A DNA stretch of 64,000 bases from a bacterium (GTDB lineage Bacteria > UBA8248), in NCBI GenBank assembly GCA_965207065.1, contig OZ242260.1:2304001-2368000 (forward strand), written 5' to 3'. How positions within the stretch are numbered: position 1 is the first letter of the stretch; every line of letters begins with the position of its first letter. The notes beneath the pieces were generated by a model that was not told the DNA's origin, searched no databases, and was given only the letters and a program-made list of their open reading frames with translations. Positions 19,612-30,072 of the stretch are shown in pieces. Both the position numbers and the translations under genes were made by a program.

Positions 19612-20604
19612 TCACTTGCCACCGAGAAGTTCCGTCAAGCTGTCCCTGACACCGGGGAAGGTCCCCGGTCTAATGGACGGCGGCGTGCGGGTCTCCAGGA
19701 TGCGCAGCTTTTCGGCCGGGCTCGCACGGACGTACATCTCGGTGGTCTTGAGGTGCGCATGACCGAGCCACAGGGAGACCTTTCGGATGTCGCCGGTGGC
19801 ATGCAGGATCGCCATGGCCGCGGAATGACGCAGCACATGCGGGGTCACTCTCTTGGTCTTGATCGACGCGACGGTCTTGGCGGCCGTGGTGACATGCTTG
19901 TCGAGCAGGTATGCGAAGCCGTCCGTGCTCATCGCCCGTCCCCGTGCATTGAGGAACATGTATCGGTTGGTGACCGACGGCCTGGCGTCGAGCCACTGAT
20001 TGAGGACGGTCCTCGTTTCCTTCCACATGGGCAGTTCCCGTTCGCGTCGTCCCTTGCCCAGGATGCGGATGGTCCCGAGTCGGGGGCCGGACACGCTGTC
20101 GAGCGTGAGCGTTGTCAGTTCCGACACCCTCAACCCGGCGGCATAGCACAGATGCAGCATCGCCCGGTCTCGCAGACCTGCCATCGTTCCAGTATCCGGG
20201 GCATCCAGGATCGCTTGCATTTCGGTCCGATCGAGCCAGTCGATCAGCGGCTTGTCGGTGGTCTTTTGCGGTATGGCGCGTACCTGCAACGCGAGGTCGA
20301 GGCAGCTCGGCACACGGTATTCCAGATAACGGAAGAACGACTTGATGGCGGCAAGGCGGACATTGCGTGTGCCCACACTGTTGTTGCGGTCCTTCTCCAG
20401 GGACTCGAGGAAGGCCGACAGCAACGCCACCGTGAAGTGCTCGATCTTGAGCTTGCAGGGACGGGTCCGGATCCGTTGCGCCGTGTAGGCCACGAGCAGC
20501 CGGAAGCACTCGGTGTAGCCCTGCAAGGTGTGGCGGCTGCATTGCCGTACGTTGGGAAGGTACTCCCGCAGGAAGGCGGAGAGATGGGGGGCAAGATCGG
20601 TCAT
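19612..20604 (-). CDS. ritC: Tyrosine recombinase, RitC-type
   Basis: RDRAMLHLCYAAGLRVSE, GKGRRER, HVLRHS, LGHAHLKTTEMY. Confidence 0.9.
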   Translation of the reverse strand: MTDLAPHLSAFLREYLPNVRQCSRHTLQGYTECFRLLVAYTAQRIRTRPCKLKIEHFTVALLSAFLESLEKDRNNSVGTRNVRLAAIKSFFRYLEYRVPSCLDLALQVRAIPQKTTDKPLIDWLDRTEMQAILDAPDTGTMAGLRDRAMLHLCYAAGLRVSELTTLTLDSVSGPRLGTIRILGKGRRERELPMWKETRTVLNQWLDARPSVTNRYMFLNARGRAMSTDGFAYLLDKHVTTAAKTVASIKTKRVTPHVLRHSAAMAILHATGDIRKVSLWLGHAHLKTTEMYVRASPAEKLRILETRTPPSIRPGTFPGVRDSLTELLGGK

Positions 20605-21530
20605 CGGGCGCCTCCATTGGTGTGAGCCTGTTCCACCGCCTCGGCGATGCCGTGCAGCAGAACCGGGGTCGCCTCCAGATACCAGTAGGTACTGGTGACA
20701 TGGACGTGGCCGAGATAGGTGGCCAGAGCCAGCATGTGCCGGCCCGCTCCGGCGCCGGGAGGCAGCATCTCCAGTGACCGGACGGCGAAGGAGTGTCGCA
20801 GCGAGTGCAGGGTCGGCCCCCGCCCCGCGCCAGGTCTGCGCAGGCCCGCTTGTTCGGCGAGTTTGCGGAAGACACCGCGCACATGGCTTTTGTCTGGACT
20901 TCGGCCGGTTGCGATCACGAACAGGTGCCGGTCCGGCGTTGTCTCCCTGAGCCGTGCCTCAAGGTAGAGTTCGAGCGCTTCCCAGGTGGTCGGGTGCAGC
21001 GCGACCATCCTCGTCTTGCCGAACTTCGTATCCCGGATGACCAAGCCGTCAGGGGTGATGTCATCCAGCGTCAATGCAAGGGCTTCGCCGATGCGCAGGC
21101 CGGTCGCTGCAATGAGACCGAACAGGCAGTGCCAGGTCAGCGGGGCGATGGTTTCGGCGGGTCCCACCGACAGGGCCGCGGTCAGCAGTTTGCCGATGTC
21201 CGGGACCGATATCAGGTACGGCTTCGGCCTCCGCCGCGTCGAACGCCCCAGCGCATCACGAGGCGGCACCTCGTGGCGATCGTCCTCCGCGTGCAGCCAG
21301 AGGGCAAGGTCATGGAGCACACGGAGCTTTTTGACTTGCACTTGCGCTGATGCCGCCTTCGATGCCGAGGCCCACTCAAGAGCGGTCCCGGAGCAGATGC
21401 GGGTCTCGTTGCGAGCCTCGGCGAACCGCGCAAAGCTGCGCAGCATCCGTTCGTTCTGTGTAAACCGGTAACCGAGCGACCGCTTGATCGCGACAAAGCG
21501 CGCGACATGATCGGTGATCGTTGTGCTCAT
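20601..21530 (-). CDS. ritB: Tyrosine recombinase, RitB-type
   Basis: ATGLRIGEAL, TKFGKTR, HSLRHSFAV, LGHVHVTSTYWY; 4-bp overlap with neighbours. Confidence 0.9.
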   Translation of the reverse strand: MSTTITDHVARFVAIKRSLGYRFTQNERMLRSFARFAEARNETRICSGTALEWASASKAASAQVQVKKLRVLHDLALWLHAEDDRHEVPPRDALGRSTRRRPKPYLISVPDIGKLLTAALSVGPAETIAPLTWHCLFGLIAATGLRIGEALALTLDDITPDGLVIRDTKFGKTRMVALHPTTWEALELYLEARLRETTPDRHLFVIATGRSPDKSHVRGVFRKLAEQAGLRRPGAGRGPTLHSLRHSFAVRSLEMLPPGAGAGRHMLALATYLGHVHVTSTYWYLEATPVLLHGIAEAVEQAHTNGGAR

Positions 21531-23095
21531 TGGTCGCTCCTCCCCATCCAGGGCTGAGCGATCTCCTGCAACATGACCGCATCGGTCTTGGCGTAGATCA
21601 TCGTCGTGTTCGGTGACCTGTGGCGCAGTAGCGACTGGATGACATCGAGCGTCGCGCCCGATCTGAGCAACGCCGTCGCCTGGCTATGGCGGAACACATG
21701 CGCACCGCGGCCGGCAAAGGTCTTGACCCCGGCGCGGTCGAGCGCGCGTTTCGCCAGAGAACTGACGATGCTTGAGTCGGCCAATGCTCGCCAGGGCGCT
21801 TGGGTGCAGAGGAACACCTTCTCCTCATCCACCCTCGGCCGCACCGTGGCGATATAGACATGGAGCGCATCGCCGGCATCCTGCGGCAACGGCAGAGCCG
21901 CCTCTCGGCGTGACTTCCCCGAGACACGGATCTCGGCCCGGTCCCAATCGATGTCGCCGAGGCGCAGGGCCACGATGTCTCCTGCCCGCAGGGCAAGCCG
22001 TGCCAGAAGCAGCAGGATCGCCCGGTCGCGCACGCCCGTCCGGTCATCGCCGCAACTGGCGATGGCGCGTTCGACATCGTCGCACGTGATGTACCGTGGC
22101 AAGCTCGACAACTGCCCACGAGGCGCTGACGGCACGGCCGCGATCAGCGCGGCCGGGATGCTGCCTTCCCAGGTCAGGAACCGCAGATACATGCGCATCG
22201 CGGTTGTCAGAGTCCGGGCGTAGCTCCGCGACCGCGGGCGCATCTTCTCAAGCAGCACCCGGCGGATCAGGGCCGCGTCACAGGCGCAGGGGTCGTCCCC
22301 AAGTTCAGGCATCATCTCGCCGATCAAACGCACATGTCGCCGTATTGTCCCCGCGCCGATGCCGCGATGGCGTTCAAGCCACACGGCGTACCTCTCAAGG
22401 CGAACGGGCGGCGCCTGCTCGACCGGGACCGGCTCCAGGGGATCGATCCGCCCGATCGAGACGAGGTGCTTCAGGAAGCCGCGCAGTTCGGTTGCGTAAG
22501 CTGTGCCGGGTCGCCTCTTCTCGTGGCCGCAAAACACCCCGGGGATCGAGCAGACGAACGACCGGTTCTCGAAGCGCGCATAGACCTGCGCGCTCAGATC
22601 GCACAGGCGGATGCGTGAGAGATGGAGCCAGACAATGAGACCGGTGCATCCTTTCCGGTACAACCTGAGGGTTGCAGCCGTGTAGCCATTGCCGCGCAAA
22701 CCGGTGAGGAACGCGCCCAGCAGCCGCAGATTGTCGTCCAGCTCACCGGGTGTCTCGACATGCCCCGTCTGCTCGAGGAACCGGATGAACGCCATGAGCA
22801 TGGGTGATGTGCGGCGCTTGCGCCAACGCCGCAGACGAACCGGCGCGCAAGATGCGCCGCAACGACAATCGTGCTGCAGAAAGCGCTCGATGATCGCGCC
22901 GTCCACCGTCTTGAGTTCGATACGGGTGAGTTCAAGCCAGACCAGGAAGTGAAGGGCGATGCGCCGGTACTTGCCAAACAGTGTCCCGGAAATCTCGGCG
23001 CGACTGCGGAGATCGTCAACGAAGGCAAGGGTCAAATCGGTGAAGCCCGCCAGAGTGGCACTCGCCGGGGACGGGTTGCTGGATATTGCAGGCAT
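21527..23095 (-). CDS. ritA: Tyrosine recombinase, RitA-type (522 aa)
   Basis: RDRAILLLLARLALRAGD, HVFRHS, LLRHRSPNTTMIYA. Confidence 0.9.
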   Translation of the reverse strand: MPAISSNPSPASATLAGFTDLTLAFVDDLRSRAEISGTLFGKYRRIALHFLVWLELTRIELKTVDGAIIERFLQHDCRCGASCAPVRLRRWRKRRTSPMLMAFIRFLEQTGHVETPGELDDNLRLLGAFLTGLRGNGYTAATLRLYRKGCTGLIVWLHLSRIRLCDLSAQVYARFENRSFVCSIPGVFCGHEKRRPGTAYATELRGFLKHLVSIGRIDPLEPVPVEQAPPVRLERYAVWLERHRGIGAGTIRRHVRLIGEMMPELGDDPCACDAALIRRVLLEKMRPRSRSYARTLTTAMRMYLRFLTWEGSIPAALIAAVPSAPRGQLSSLPRYITCDDVERAIASCGDDRTGVRDRAILLLLARLALRAGDIVALRLGDIDWDRAEIRVSGKSRREAALPLPQDAGDALHVYIATVRPRVDEEKVFLCTQAPWRALADSSIVSSLAKRALDRAGVKTFAGRGAHVFRHSQATALLRSGATLDVIQSLLRHRSPNTTMIYAKTDAVMLQEIAQPWMGRSDQ

Positions 23096-23146
23096 TGTCG
23101 TTCTCCTTTTTGAGTGAGAGAACGATAATGCCCGAAGTCACCTGCC

Positions 23147-23236
23147 GATATAATGCCGAGTGAATGTGCCGAAAAACCCTGTAAACAAGCCGTATTTAGC
23201 AGATCACTCGGCATTATCCACTTCTCGGCATTAATG
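23147..23236 (-). repeat. RIT1 right inverted repeat (90 bp)
   Basis: Exact reverse complement of 19516-19605. Confidence 0.95.
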
Positions 23237-24119
23237 ACGAGGCGGGTGACCCCCTCGGGCGGGACGAATGCGCCGAGGCTGCCGGCGGAGAGCGCTGCCG
23301 CCGCCGGGATCCGGGGCGTCGCGGTGACGATCGAGAGCACGGTCTCGACGCCCTCTCCGACCAGGAGGGTGGCGCCGGGGACCCCGAAGCGCACGGCGCG
23401 TCCGAAAACCCGGCCGAGCGCCTTGCGGGAGGGGAGGACGCCGGCCTTGGTTTGCGCACCAGGATCGATCCAGGTGCGGTGCACCCCGTGGAGCGCGCCT
23501 TCGGTGTCGGTCACGGCGGCGACCAGGGCGGGGAGCCTGCGATCGGCTTCGCGGTGGTAGAGCGCCGGGTGGAATCGCAGGGAGGGGAAGCGGAACCGCG
23601 TGATGCCCCGGGCGCGGAGGTAGGCCTCGGCCGGGGCGCCCTCAATCGGGCGGCAACTCCGCCAGATGCGCCGCGCTGCTTCCCTCGCGTCGTATGGTGG
23701 ACCGTTGTCCGGCAGATGAGGGGCAGGCAGGGCGAGGAAGGTGCGGGCCTCGTCCATGGCCGCGCGGAGCGTGGACGCAGCGCTTCGGCAGCGAATGAGA
23801 TCGAGCAGGTCGCCATGCTCCCCGGTGGCCGCGTCGCTCCACTTGCCGGGCGCGCCCGGAGGCTCGAGGCGGACGAAGAGCGAGCGCCCGGGCGAGCCGT
23901 CGACGTCGCCCGCGACCCAGTAGCGGCCCTGCTTCTTGCCCCGGGGCAGATAGCGGCGGCAGACCTCCTCGGCGCGCGAGGCGAGCGCGGCGGCGATCCC
24001 GGCCGCGGGAGATGGTGTTCGGGACATGGCGGACCTCCTCTGGAGTATGAGCAAAAAAAGAGCCGGCGCGTGAGCGTCCTCCGGCATCACCGGGCCGGCT
24101 GCATTGCAATGAGGGCGGC

Positions 24120-24380
24120 TCAACCGGCGACATCGCCGTCCTGCGCCGGGCCCATTGTTCGGGCGGCCAGGGCGGACCAGGCCTCCCGGTCCATCCCGAG
24201 GCGGGCGTTCAGGCGATCGCAGAAACGCTCGGCGTCCTCGAGTGTCAGGGCGATGAGGCTGGTGGGGATGTTTCCGGCCATACCGTCGATGACGAGCCGT
24301 ATCTCCTGCGGCGCGTCGGCCGGACCGTAGGCCGGGCAGAAGGCGAAGTCGGGGTTTTCCGGCAGTGTGTGTGAGGTCAT
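24120..24380 (-). CDS. Hypothetical protein (86 aa)
   Basis: RBS AAGGGAG before ATG; co-oriented with the leading-region genes. Confidence 0.6.
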   Translation of the reverse strand: MTSHTLPENPDFAFCPAYGPADAPQEIRLVIDGMAGNIPTSLIALTLEDAERFCDRLNARLGMDREAWSALAARTMGPAQDGDVAG

Positions 24381-24513
24381 GAAACGGACTCCCTTGGGTG
24401 ATGTCGGAATCAGAGGCCGCACCCCGGCGATTGACGCCGGGTGGACGGCGATATGGATACGGACGGCGCCTCCCCCCCGGCCATACGTATGCGGGCCGGC
24501 TGCACGTGCGGGT

Positions 24514-27500
24514 TCAACTCGCGAGGGGCCGGTTTTCGAGGACGCGGCCGAGGACGGATGCGTCGGGCGCGAAGACCCGCGCTTTCCAGGAGACGATCTC
24601 GACCGTACAGCCCGCGCGCTTGAGGGCTGTGAGGTGGCGGTCGTCGGGGCCCTCGATCTCCAGGCGCTGCGCTCCCATGATGCGGCGGCGCGCGAGGCGC
24701 CAGCCGTTCGCGAGGGTCAGGACCTCGCCGCTTCCCATGACGGCGTCGAAGGCCTCGTCTGCGCCGAGAGACGGACCGCCGTCGAGTCCGAAGGCGGCGC
24801 GCACGGCCCGGATCCCGGTTGCGTCGAGGGCGCGTCCGATCATCGCCTCGCCCGCATCGGTGGCGAGCCGGCGAACCCGCATGTTCTCGGCCCCCAGCCG
24901 GTCCCAGACCGGAAGAAGGAGCCCCGTCACGAGCCAGAAGCGCGATTCGGTGTAGGGCGGCAGGCCAGCAACTTCGGCCTCCCAGAGGGAGCGCCATTCG
25001 GCCTCCTCCACTTCGCGCCAGTTCGAGGCCTCGAGTTCAGCTCTCGCCACCCCCTCCCGCGCGGCGGGCCTGAGAAGCCTTACGCGTTCCTGCACGCCCC
25101 CGTCGTCGAACAGCATCGAGGGCGCGGGCAGGACGACGGCCGCCCGTTTCGAGCGGGCGTTCACGACGAGCGCAGGCTCCCCGTTCTTCCCGGCCGTCTC
25201 GAGCGCGGCGTCCGCCGTAACGGGCACGAGCCGGTCACGGCGGAGGATCTCGACGAGGCTGGTCGCAGCCCCCGTCCCCGGGTGGGTGTAGAGGGTCTCG
25301 CGGCCTGCGGCGGTAAGCGAGTCCGCTTGCAGGGTCTCGACACCGACCTCGTAGGTCCCCGCCTCGACGGCCGCCTCGATGTTGGACTCGACGCGGGATT
25401 CGAGTTCCGCGAACAGCGCGTTCTGCTCCGCTATGGGAAGCGCGAGCAGGCGGTTCAGGAACCTCGGCATGGGCGGGAGGTCTTCCTTGAGAGATCCCTC
25501 GTAGGTGAGTTTCAAGCCGGTCGCCTCCTCGAAGCGATCGAGGGACCAACCGGGCAATCCGCCCCGCCACAAGGCACCGTAGAACTGGCGGAGCGCCGCC
25601 CGGGCGTAGGGGCTTTCGAGGTTGTCGCCGGCGCGGAAGAGCGTCGCCTCGCTCCCGGCCATGGCGGTCTGGGAATTGCGCTGTCCGCGCGTGATGGCGC
25701 CCAGGGAGTCGAGCCGCCGCGCGATGGTGGCGATGAAGCGTTTCTCGCCCTTCACGTCGGTGGTCACGGGCCGGAAGAGGGGGGCCGAGGCCTGGTGCGT
25801 CCTGTGGGTGCGCCCCAGTCCCTGTATCGCCTGATCCGCCCGCCAGCCGGGTTCGAGCAGGTAGTGGACCCTCCGCTGCGTGTTGGCGGCGGAGAGGTCG
25901 GCGTGGTAGCTCCGCCCCGTGCCCCCAGCCATCGAGAAGACGAGGATGCGCTTTTCGCCGTCCATGAAGGCCGCCGTCTCGGCGAGGGAAGCGGAGGCCG
26001 GGCGCGCCCGCAAGGCGAGCCGCTCGCCCTGCGCGTCCTCGACCCGGAGCACGCGCCGTGAGCGGCCCGTGACCTCGGCCACGGCGTCGTGGCCGAAGCG
26101 GTGCACGATCTGGTCCAGCGCCGCGGGCACCGGCGGCAAGGATGCCAGCTTCGCAATGAGCGCATCTCGCTTTGCCAGGGCTTCCTGGGAGAGTACGGGG
26201 TTCCCGTCCTCGTCGACGGCGGGCCGGCTCATGAGATTCCCCTCATCGTCGGTGAAGGGCTCCTGCAGCTGCACCGGGAAGGCGTGGGCGAGGAAGTCGA
26301 GCACGTATTCCCGGGGCGTCAGGTCGATCGATAAATCGTCCCATTCAGAGGCCGGTATCTCCGCGATCCTTCGCTCCATCAGGGCCTCGCCCGTGGAGAC
26401 GAGCTGGATCACGGCCGAGCGGCCGGCGCCCAAGTCCGCCTCCACCGCCCGGATGAGCGAGGGACACTTCATGGAGGTCAAGAGGTGGCCGAAGAATCGC
26501 TGCTTCGCGCCCTCGAAGGCGGAGAGCGCGGCGGACTTCGCGTTTTTGTTCAGCGTCTCCTCTCCCTGCATGATCCCGGTGGCCTCGAGCGCGTCCTGGA
26601 GGTTGGCGTGGATGACCTTGAAGGCGCCGGCGTAGGCGTCGTAGATGCGCCGCTGCTCGGGACTCAGCGGGTGTTCGAGGATGTCGACCTCGATCCCCTC
26701 ATACGAAAGGGCCCGCGCCTGGTACAGCCCTAAGGCCTTGAGATCGCGGGCGACCACCTCCATGGCGGCGACGCCGCCCGCCTCCATCGCCGAGACGAAT
26801 TCCTCCCGGTTCTCGAAGGGCGTCTCGCCTGCGCCCCAGAGGCCCAGGCGGCCCGCGTAGGCCAGGCCGGTCACGGTCGTGGTGCCCGTGGCCGAGACGT
26901 AGAGCACGCGGGCGCCTGGCAAGGCGTTCTGGAGCCTGAGCCCCGCCCGTCCCTGGGCGGAGGGTTTGACGGCGCCGCGCGAGCCCCTGGAACCCGCCGC
27001 GTTGGCCATGGCATGGGACTCGTCGAACACGATCACGCCCTCGTACCCGTGGAGGTCTTCCTCCTCGATGCTTCCCGCGAGCCAGGCGACCACCTGTTCG
27101 AGCCGCGACGCCTTGCCCTCGCGGGCCGGCGCCCTGAGCGTGGCGTAGGTCGCGAACAGGACCCCGCTCTCGTGCGGGATGTCGGCCCCCTGGCGGAAGT
27201 TGCCCAGCGGGATCACGTCCTCAGCGCTTCCCCCGAGGGCGGACCAGTCCCTGCGCGCGTCTTCGAGCAGGTTGGCGGAGGCCGAGAGCCAGAGCGCCCT
27301 CTTTCTCCCCCGGAGCATGTTGTCCAGGATGGCCGCCGCCACCTGCCGGCCCTTGCCGCACCCGGTGCCGTCGCCCAGCATCCAGCCCCGGCGGAACCGC
27401 ACCGGCGCCGAGAGGACTTCGCCGTCTTCCGTTACGGCTTCTTCCACAGCGTGTTCGCCTTCCTCCTCATATCGGCGGACCGTCTCCCAGCCGGCGCCGA

Positions 27501-28956
27501 CCCGGTAGCGGGCCGAGAGATGGCGCTCGTGCGCCTCACCGGCCAGGACGATGCTCTCGAGCTGGGCGTCGGACAATAAACCCTCGGTGACGACGCATTC
27601 AGGCAGCAACGGGCGGTGTGCGGGCTTTGGATGCGCGACGGCGGCCATGGCGGCGGACTGAACGAGGGGCGTTGGATGCGCCATTGAGCCTGAGATATGA
27701 ACGACGCCCGGCTTCCAGGGCGCGTAGGGGCCTGCCGTCTCGTCCTCGCCGCACGGCGGGGCCGTCTCGTATGCGAGCTCCGAGACGGGACCCGGGTCAC
27801 GGGCCGGTCTGGACGCCGGCCGCCCGTTGTCCCTCTTCCCGGTCTTGCGCGCTTTCGTACCGGACGCAGTCGTCTCCCCGAAAAGATCGCAGAGCGGAAC
27901 GTCTGATGCGGGCGTTTCGGCGGGGGGAGTAGACAAGCGCGGCGGGACCCCCGCCGTGACCGCATCGAGCAGTTGGAGGGCGTCCATTGCACAGCTTTGC
28001 GGATCGACGTCGCTCGCGGGTTCTTCGTTCTTTTCGATCACGGTGAGCCGGGTGTCGAACGTGGTCCCGCGCCTCGCGTAGGCGCGCCCGTCGATTGCCG
28101 TCGTGAAGACGACGCGAGCGGGCGCTTCGATGGACGAGAAGGCGGCCTCCCAGTCCGCATCGCCCGGGACGCAGCCCGCCGACGTGACGGCGACCAGCCG
28201 CCCGCCCTGTCTCAGGGCGCAAAAAGACGAGCGCAGGTGGCGGAGGTCCGCGTCATGACGCACCCGGGCGATGCCCGGCGTCGCCGAGAACGGCGGGTTC
28301 ATGAGGACGACGTCCGGCCGGACCCCGGGGAGGCGGTCGGCGACGGCCTCCGCGTTGTGGCGGGTGACGCCGGCATTCGGGAACAGGAGAGCAAGGAGGC
28401 TGGCCCGGACGCTCGCGATCTCGTTCAGGTGGAGCGCGCCATTCCCCCCGAGCGCGCACTGCGCCATCACGGCGAGCATCCCGGTCCCGGCGCTCGGCTC
28501 CAGGACGACGTCGCCGGGGCGGATAGCGGCGGCGCGGGCGGCGGCGTAGGCCAGGCCGAGCGGGGTCGAGAACTGCTGCAGGCGCACCTGCTCTTCCGAG
28601 CGCTTCGTGTGGGAGGGTTCGAGCGCGGCGATTCTTTCGAGCATGGCCAGCATGGCGGCGGGACCCTCCGCTCCGGCCCCGGCCCTTTGGCGCATGGCCC
28701 GGCCGTAGCGCTGTAAGAAGAGCACGACGGCGGCTTCCGCCGCCTCGTAGGCGTCCTTCCAGACCCAGGCGCCCTCGGCGTCACTTCCGCCGTGTGCGCC
28801 CGTCATGGCGTCGCGCAGCGCGTTCTTTTCCAGCGGCCGACCCGCCGCCAGGACGGGCAGCAGGGTCCGGGCGGCGGTGAGTAGCGCCTCGGATGCGTCC
28901 GGCGCGGTGGAGCGGGAGGCGTGCGGACGCACGTCCGCCGTCAGGGCTTGCGGCAT
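24514..28956 (-). CDS. DNA methyltransferase-helicase fusion (strawberry-notch family, DarB-like)
   Basis: MTase motifs QQFSTP, VLEPSAGTG, NPPF; helicase motifs GDGTGCGKGR, DESH, SAT, QGLGRTHRTHQ. Confidence 0.88.
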   Translation of the reverse strand: MPQALTADVRPHASRSTAPDASEALLTAARTLLPVLAAGRPLEKNALRDAMTGAHGGSDAEGAWVWKDAYEAAEAAVVLFLQRYGRAMRQRAGAGAEGPAAMLAMLERIAALEPSHTKRSEEQVRLQQFSTPLGLAYAAARAAAIRPGDVVLEPSAGTGMLAVMAQCALGGNGALHLNEIASVRASLLALLFPNAGVTRHNAEAVADRLPGVRPDVVLMNPPFSATPGIARVRHDADLRHLRSSFCALRQGGRLVAVTSAGCVPGDADWEAAFSSIEAPARVVFTTAIDGRAYARRGTTFDTRLTVIEKNEEPASDVDPQSCAMDALQLLDAVTAGVPPRLSTPPAETPASDVPLCDLFGETTASGTKARKTGKRDNGRPASRPARDPGPVSELAYETAPPCGEDETAGPYAPWKPGVVHISGSMAHPTPLVQSAAMAAVAHPKPAHRPLLPECVVTEGLLSDAQLESIVLAGEAHERHLSARYRVGAGWETVRRYEEEGEHAVEEAVTEDGEVLSAPVRFRRGWMLGDGTGCGKGRQVAAAILDNMLRGRKRALWLSASANLLEDARRDWSALGGSAEDVIPLGNFRQGADIPHESGVLFATYATLRAPAREGKASRLEQVVAWLAGSIEEEDLHGYEGVIVFDESHAMANAAGSRGSRGAVKPSAQGRAGLRLQNALPGARVLYVSATGTTTVTGLAYAGRLGLWGAGETPFENREEFVSAMEAGGVAAMEVVARDLKALGLYQARALSYEGIEVDILEHPLSPEQRRIYDAYAGAFKVIHANLQDALEATGIMQGEETLNKNAKSAALSAFEGAKQRFFGHLLTSMKCPSLIRAVEADLGAGRSAVIQLVSTGEALMERRIAEIPASEWDDLSIDLTPREYVLDFLAHAFPVQLQEPFTDDEGNLMSRPAVDEDGNPVLSQEALAKRDALIAKLASLPPVPAALDQIVHRFGHDAVAEVTGRSRRVLRVEDAQGERLALRARPASASLAETAAFMDGEKRILVFSMAGGTGRSYHADLSAANTQRRVHYLLEPGWRADQAIQGLGRTHRTHQASAPLFRPVTTDVKGEKRFIATIARRLDSLGAITRGQRNSQTAMAGSEATLFRAGDNLESPYARAALRQFYGALWRGGLPGWSLDRFEEATGLKLTYEGSLKEDLPPMPRFLNRLLALPIAEQNALFAELESRVESNIEAAVEAGTYEVGVETLQADSLTAAGRETLYTHPGTGAATSLVEILRRDRLVPVTADAALETAGKNGEPALVVNARSKRAAVVLPAPSMLFDDGGVQERVRLLRPAAREGVARAELEASNWREVEEAEWRSLWEAEVAGLPPYTESRFWLVTGLLLPVWDRLGAENMRVRRLATDAGEAMIGRALDATGIRAVRAAFGLDGGPSLGADEAFDAVMGSGEVLTLANGWRLARRRIMGAQRLEIEGPDDRHLTALKRAGCTVEIVSWKARVFAPDASVLGRVLENRPLAS

Positions 28957-29073
28957 GGCTCTCTCCTCGGTTGTCGTGGGAATGAGGGAGGCCGTCCGGG
29001 GGATCGCTCCCCCGGGACCTCCCGGAACGCCTTGGGCCGACCGGACTCGGCCTCTACCCGGTGTGAATGCGGG

Positions 29074-29430
29074 TCAGGTCCTTCCGGCGCTCCGGAGCTT
29101 CGCGACGAGGCTATCGACCGTGGCGGCGTCGGCGCCGCACGCCTCGCCCCAGCCCCTGAGGTTGCGCTCGAAGTCCCCGAGGCTCCCGAGATGCGCGTTG
29201 AAGAAAGGATCGACGTCCGTGGCGGCGAGGACGCTGTCCCCCGCGAGGGCGACGCCCGTGATGGCGGGCTCCGTCACGGGCGGCAGGTCGAGGAGCCAGC
29301 AGAGGAAGGCCTGAAACATCGGCGAGAGGTTCTCACCGCGTCTCGGGTCCATGGGGTGTGTGGTCGTGGTCCGGGATTCGGTGTCGGGCATGGCTTTCTC
29401 CGGAATGTGTATGGGAAACGGCTCGCTCAT
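29074..29430 (-). CDS. Hypothetical protein
   Basis: Co-oriented ORF overlapping the upstream stop by 4 bp; alternative start 29390. Confidence 0.6.
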   Translation of the reverse strand: MSEPFPIHIPEKAMPDTESRTTTTHPMDPRRGENLSPMFQAFLCWLLDLPPVTEPAITGVALAGDSVLAATDVDPFFNAHLGSLGDFERNLRGWGEACGADAATVDSLVAKLRSAGRT

Positions 29431-29816
29431 CCGCAGGCGGCTGCGCTCCTGCGCCCGGCGGCGTCGAGTTCGGGGCCGTATTCGACGATGCGGCCCGCAT
29501 TGCGGGCGGCCTCGGCGTAGACTGCGAGGGTGAATTTCCCCTCGAAATAAAGGTCGCGCTCTATCCCCAGGCCGAACGGCCCCTGGAAGGCTTCGAGTTC
29601 GGTGAGGCTGAAGCTCCCGATCTCCGGTGTGCCGAAGCCGAGATCGGCGAGGCCGAAGGCTATGGACCCATCCTCGAGGTCGAGTTCCGTGAGGAGCCAG
29701 GTCCCTGCGCCGCAGGGGTTGAAGAGCTTGACCAGGGGGACGTGGTCGGCGCCGCGCTTGGCGCCGTTTGCGAGCAGCGTTTCGCGCTGTTCCGGTGTGA
29801 CGAGTTCCATCGGCAT
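29427..29816 (-). CDS. DUF2958 domain protein
   Basis: PLVKLFNPCGAGTWLLTELD...FGLADLGFGTPEIG...IERDLYF. Confidence 0.85.
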   Translation of the reverse strand: MPMELVTPEQRETLLANGAKRGADHVPLVKLFNPCGAGTWLLTELDLEDGSIAFGLADLGFGTPEIGSFSLTELEAFQGPFGLGIERDLYFEGKFTLAVYAEAARNAGRIVEYGPELDAAGRRSAAACG

Positions 29817-29909
29817 TCTCCTCTACTTGCAGGATGGATGTGGGAAGATCTGACTGCGTGGGGCTCAGAAGCCGAGAATCCGGACCCGCGCCCGGCCATC
29901 GATCACGGT

Positions 29910-30019
29910 GATTATGTGGAGTTCATGGTTATGTGGAGTTCATCCTGGAGTTCGTTGTTTTTGTGTGGTTTGCGGGTAGCGAACTCCACATAACTTTTGC
30001 ATCGTCTCTCCTGTCCGCG
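29910..30019 (+). repeat. RIT2 left inverted repeat (110 bp)
   Basis: Reverse complement of 33274-33383 with one mismatch; TTATGTGGAGTTC twice direct and once inverted. Confidence 0.95.
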
Positions 30020-30072
30020 TCGTTTCGGAGAGCGGCGGCAAGACAGGCCTGCCGCCGCTCTCCGTTCCCTCA

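Larger units (their letters stand above)
19490..23236 (-). mobile_element. Recombinase-in-trio (RIT) element 1
   Basis: Three overlapping tyrosine recombinase genes, 90-bp perfect terminal IRs, 22-bp palindrome at left end, ATG shared at both junctions. Confidence 0.92.
19285..24027 (-). pseudogene. Toprim-domain primase-like protein (331 aa when rejoined) interrupted by RIT element 1
   Basis: N-part EAYLRARGI, HRTWI, LVGEGVET..., VTRLVI joins in frame to C-part ARDNDVEG...GDFNDDL. Confidence 0.85.

Noticed and set aside
24367-26061. Long plus-strand ORF (and similar shadows at 19564, 30088, 34833, 47124, 56253, 58117, 60049)
   Set aside because: Antisense shadows of well-supported genes, expected in high-GC DNA; no motifs.
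29910-29995. Short direct repeats (TTATGTGGAGTTCAT) as a mini CRISPR array
   Set aside because: Two to three copies without spacer-length gaps, mirrored at the other element end; explained as recombinase binding sites. No cas genes.
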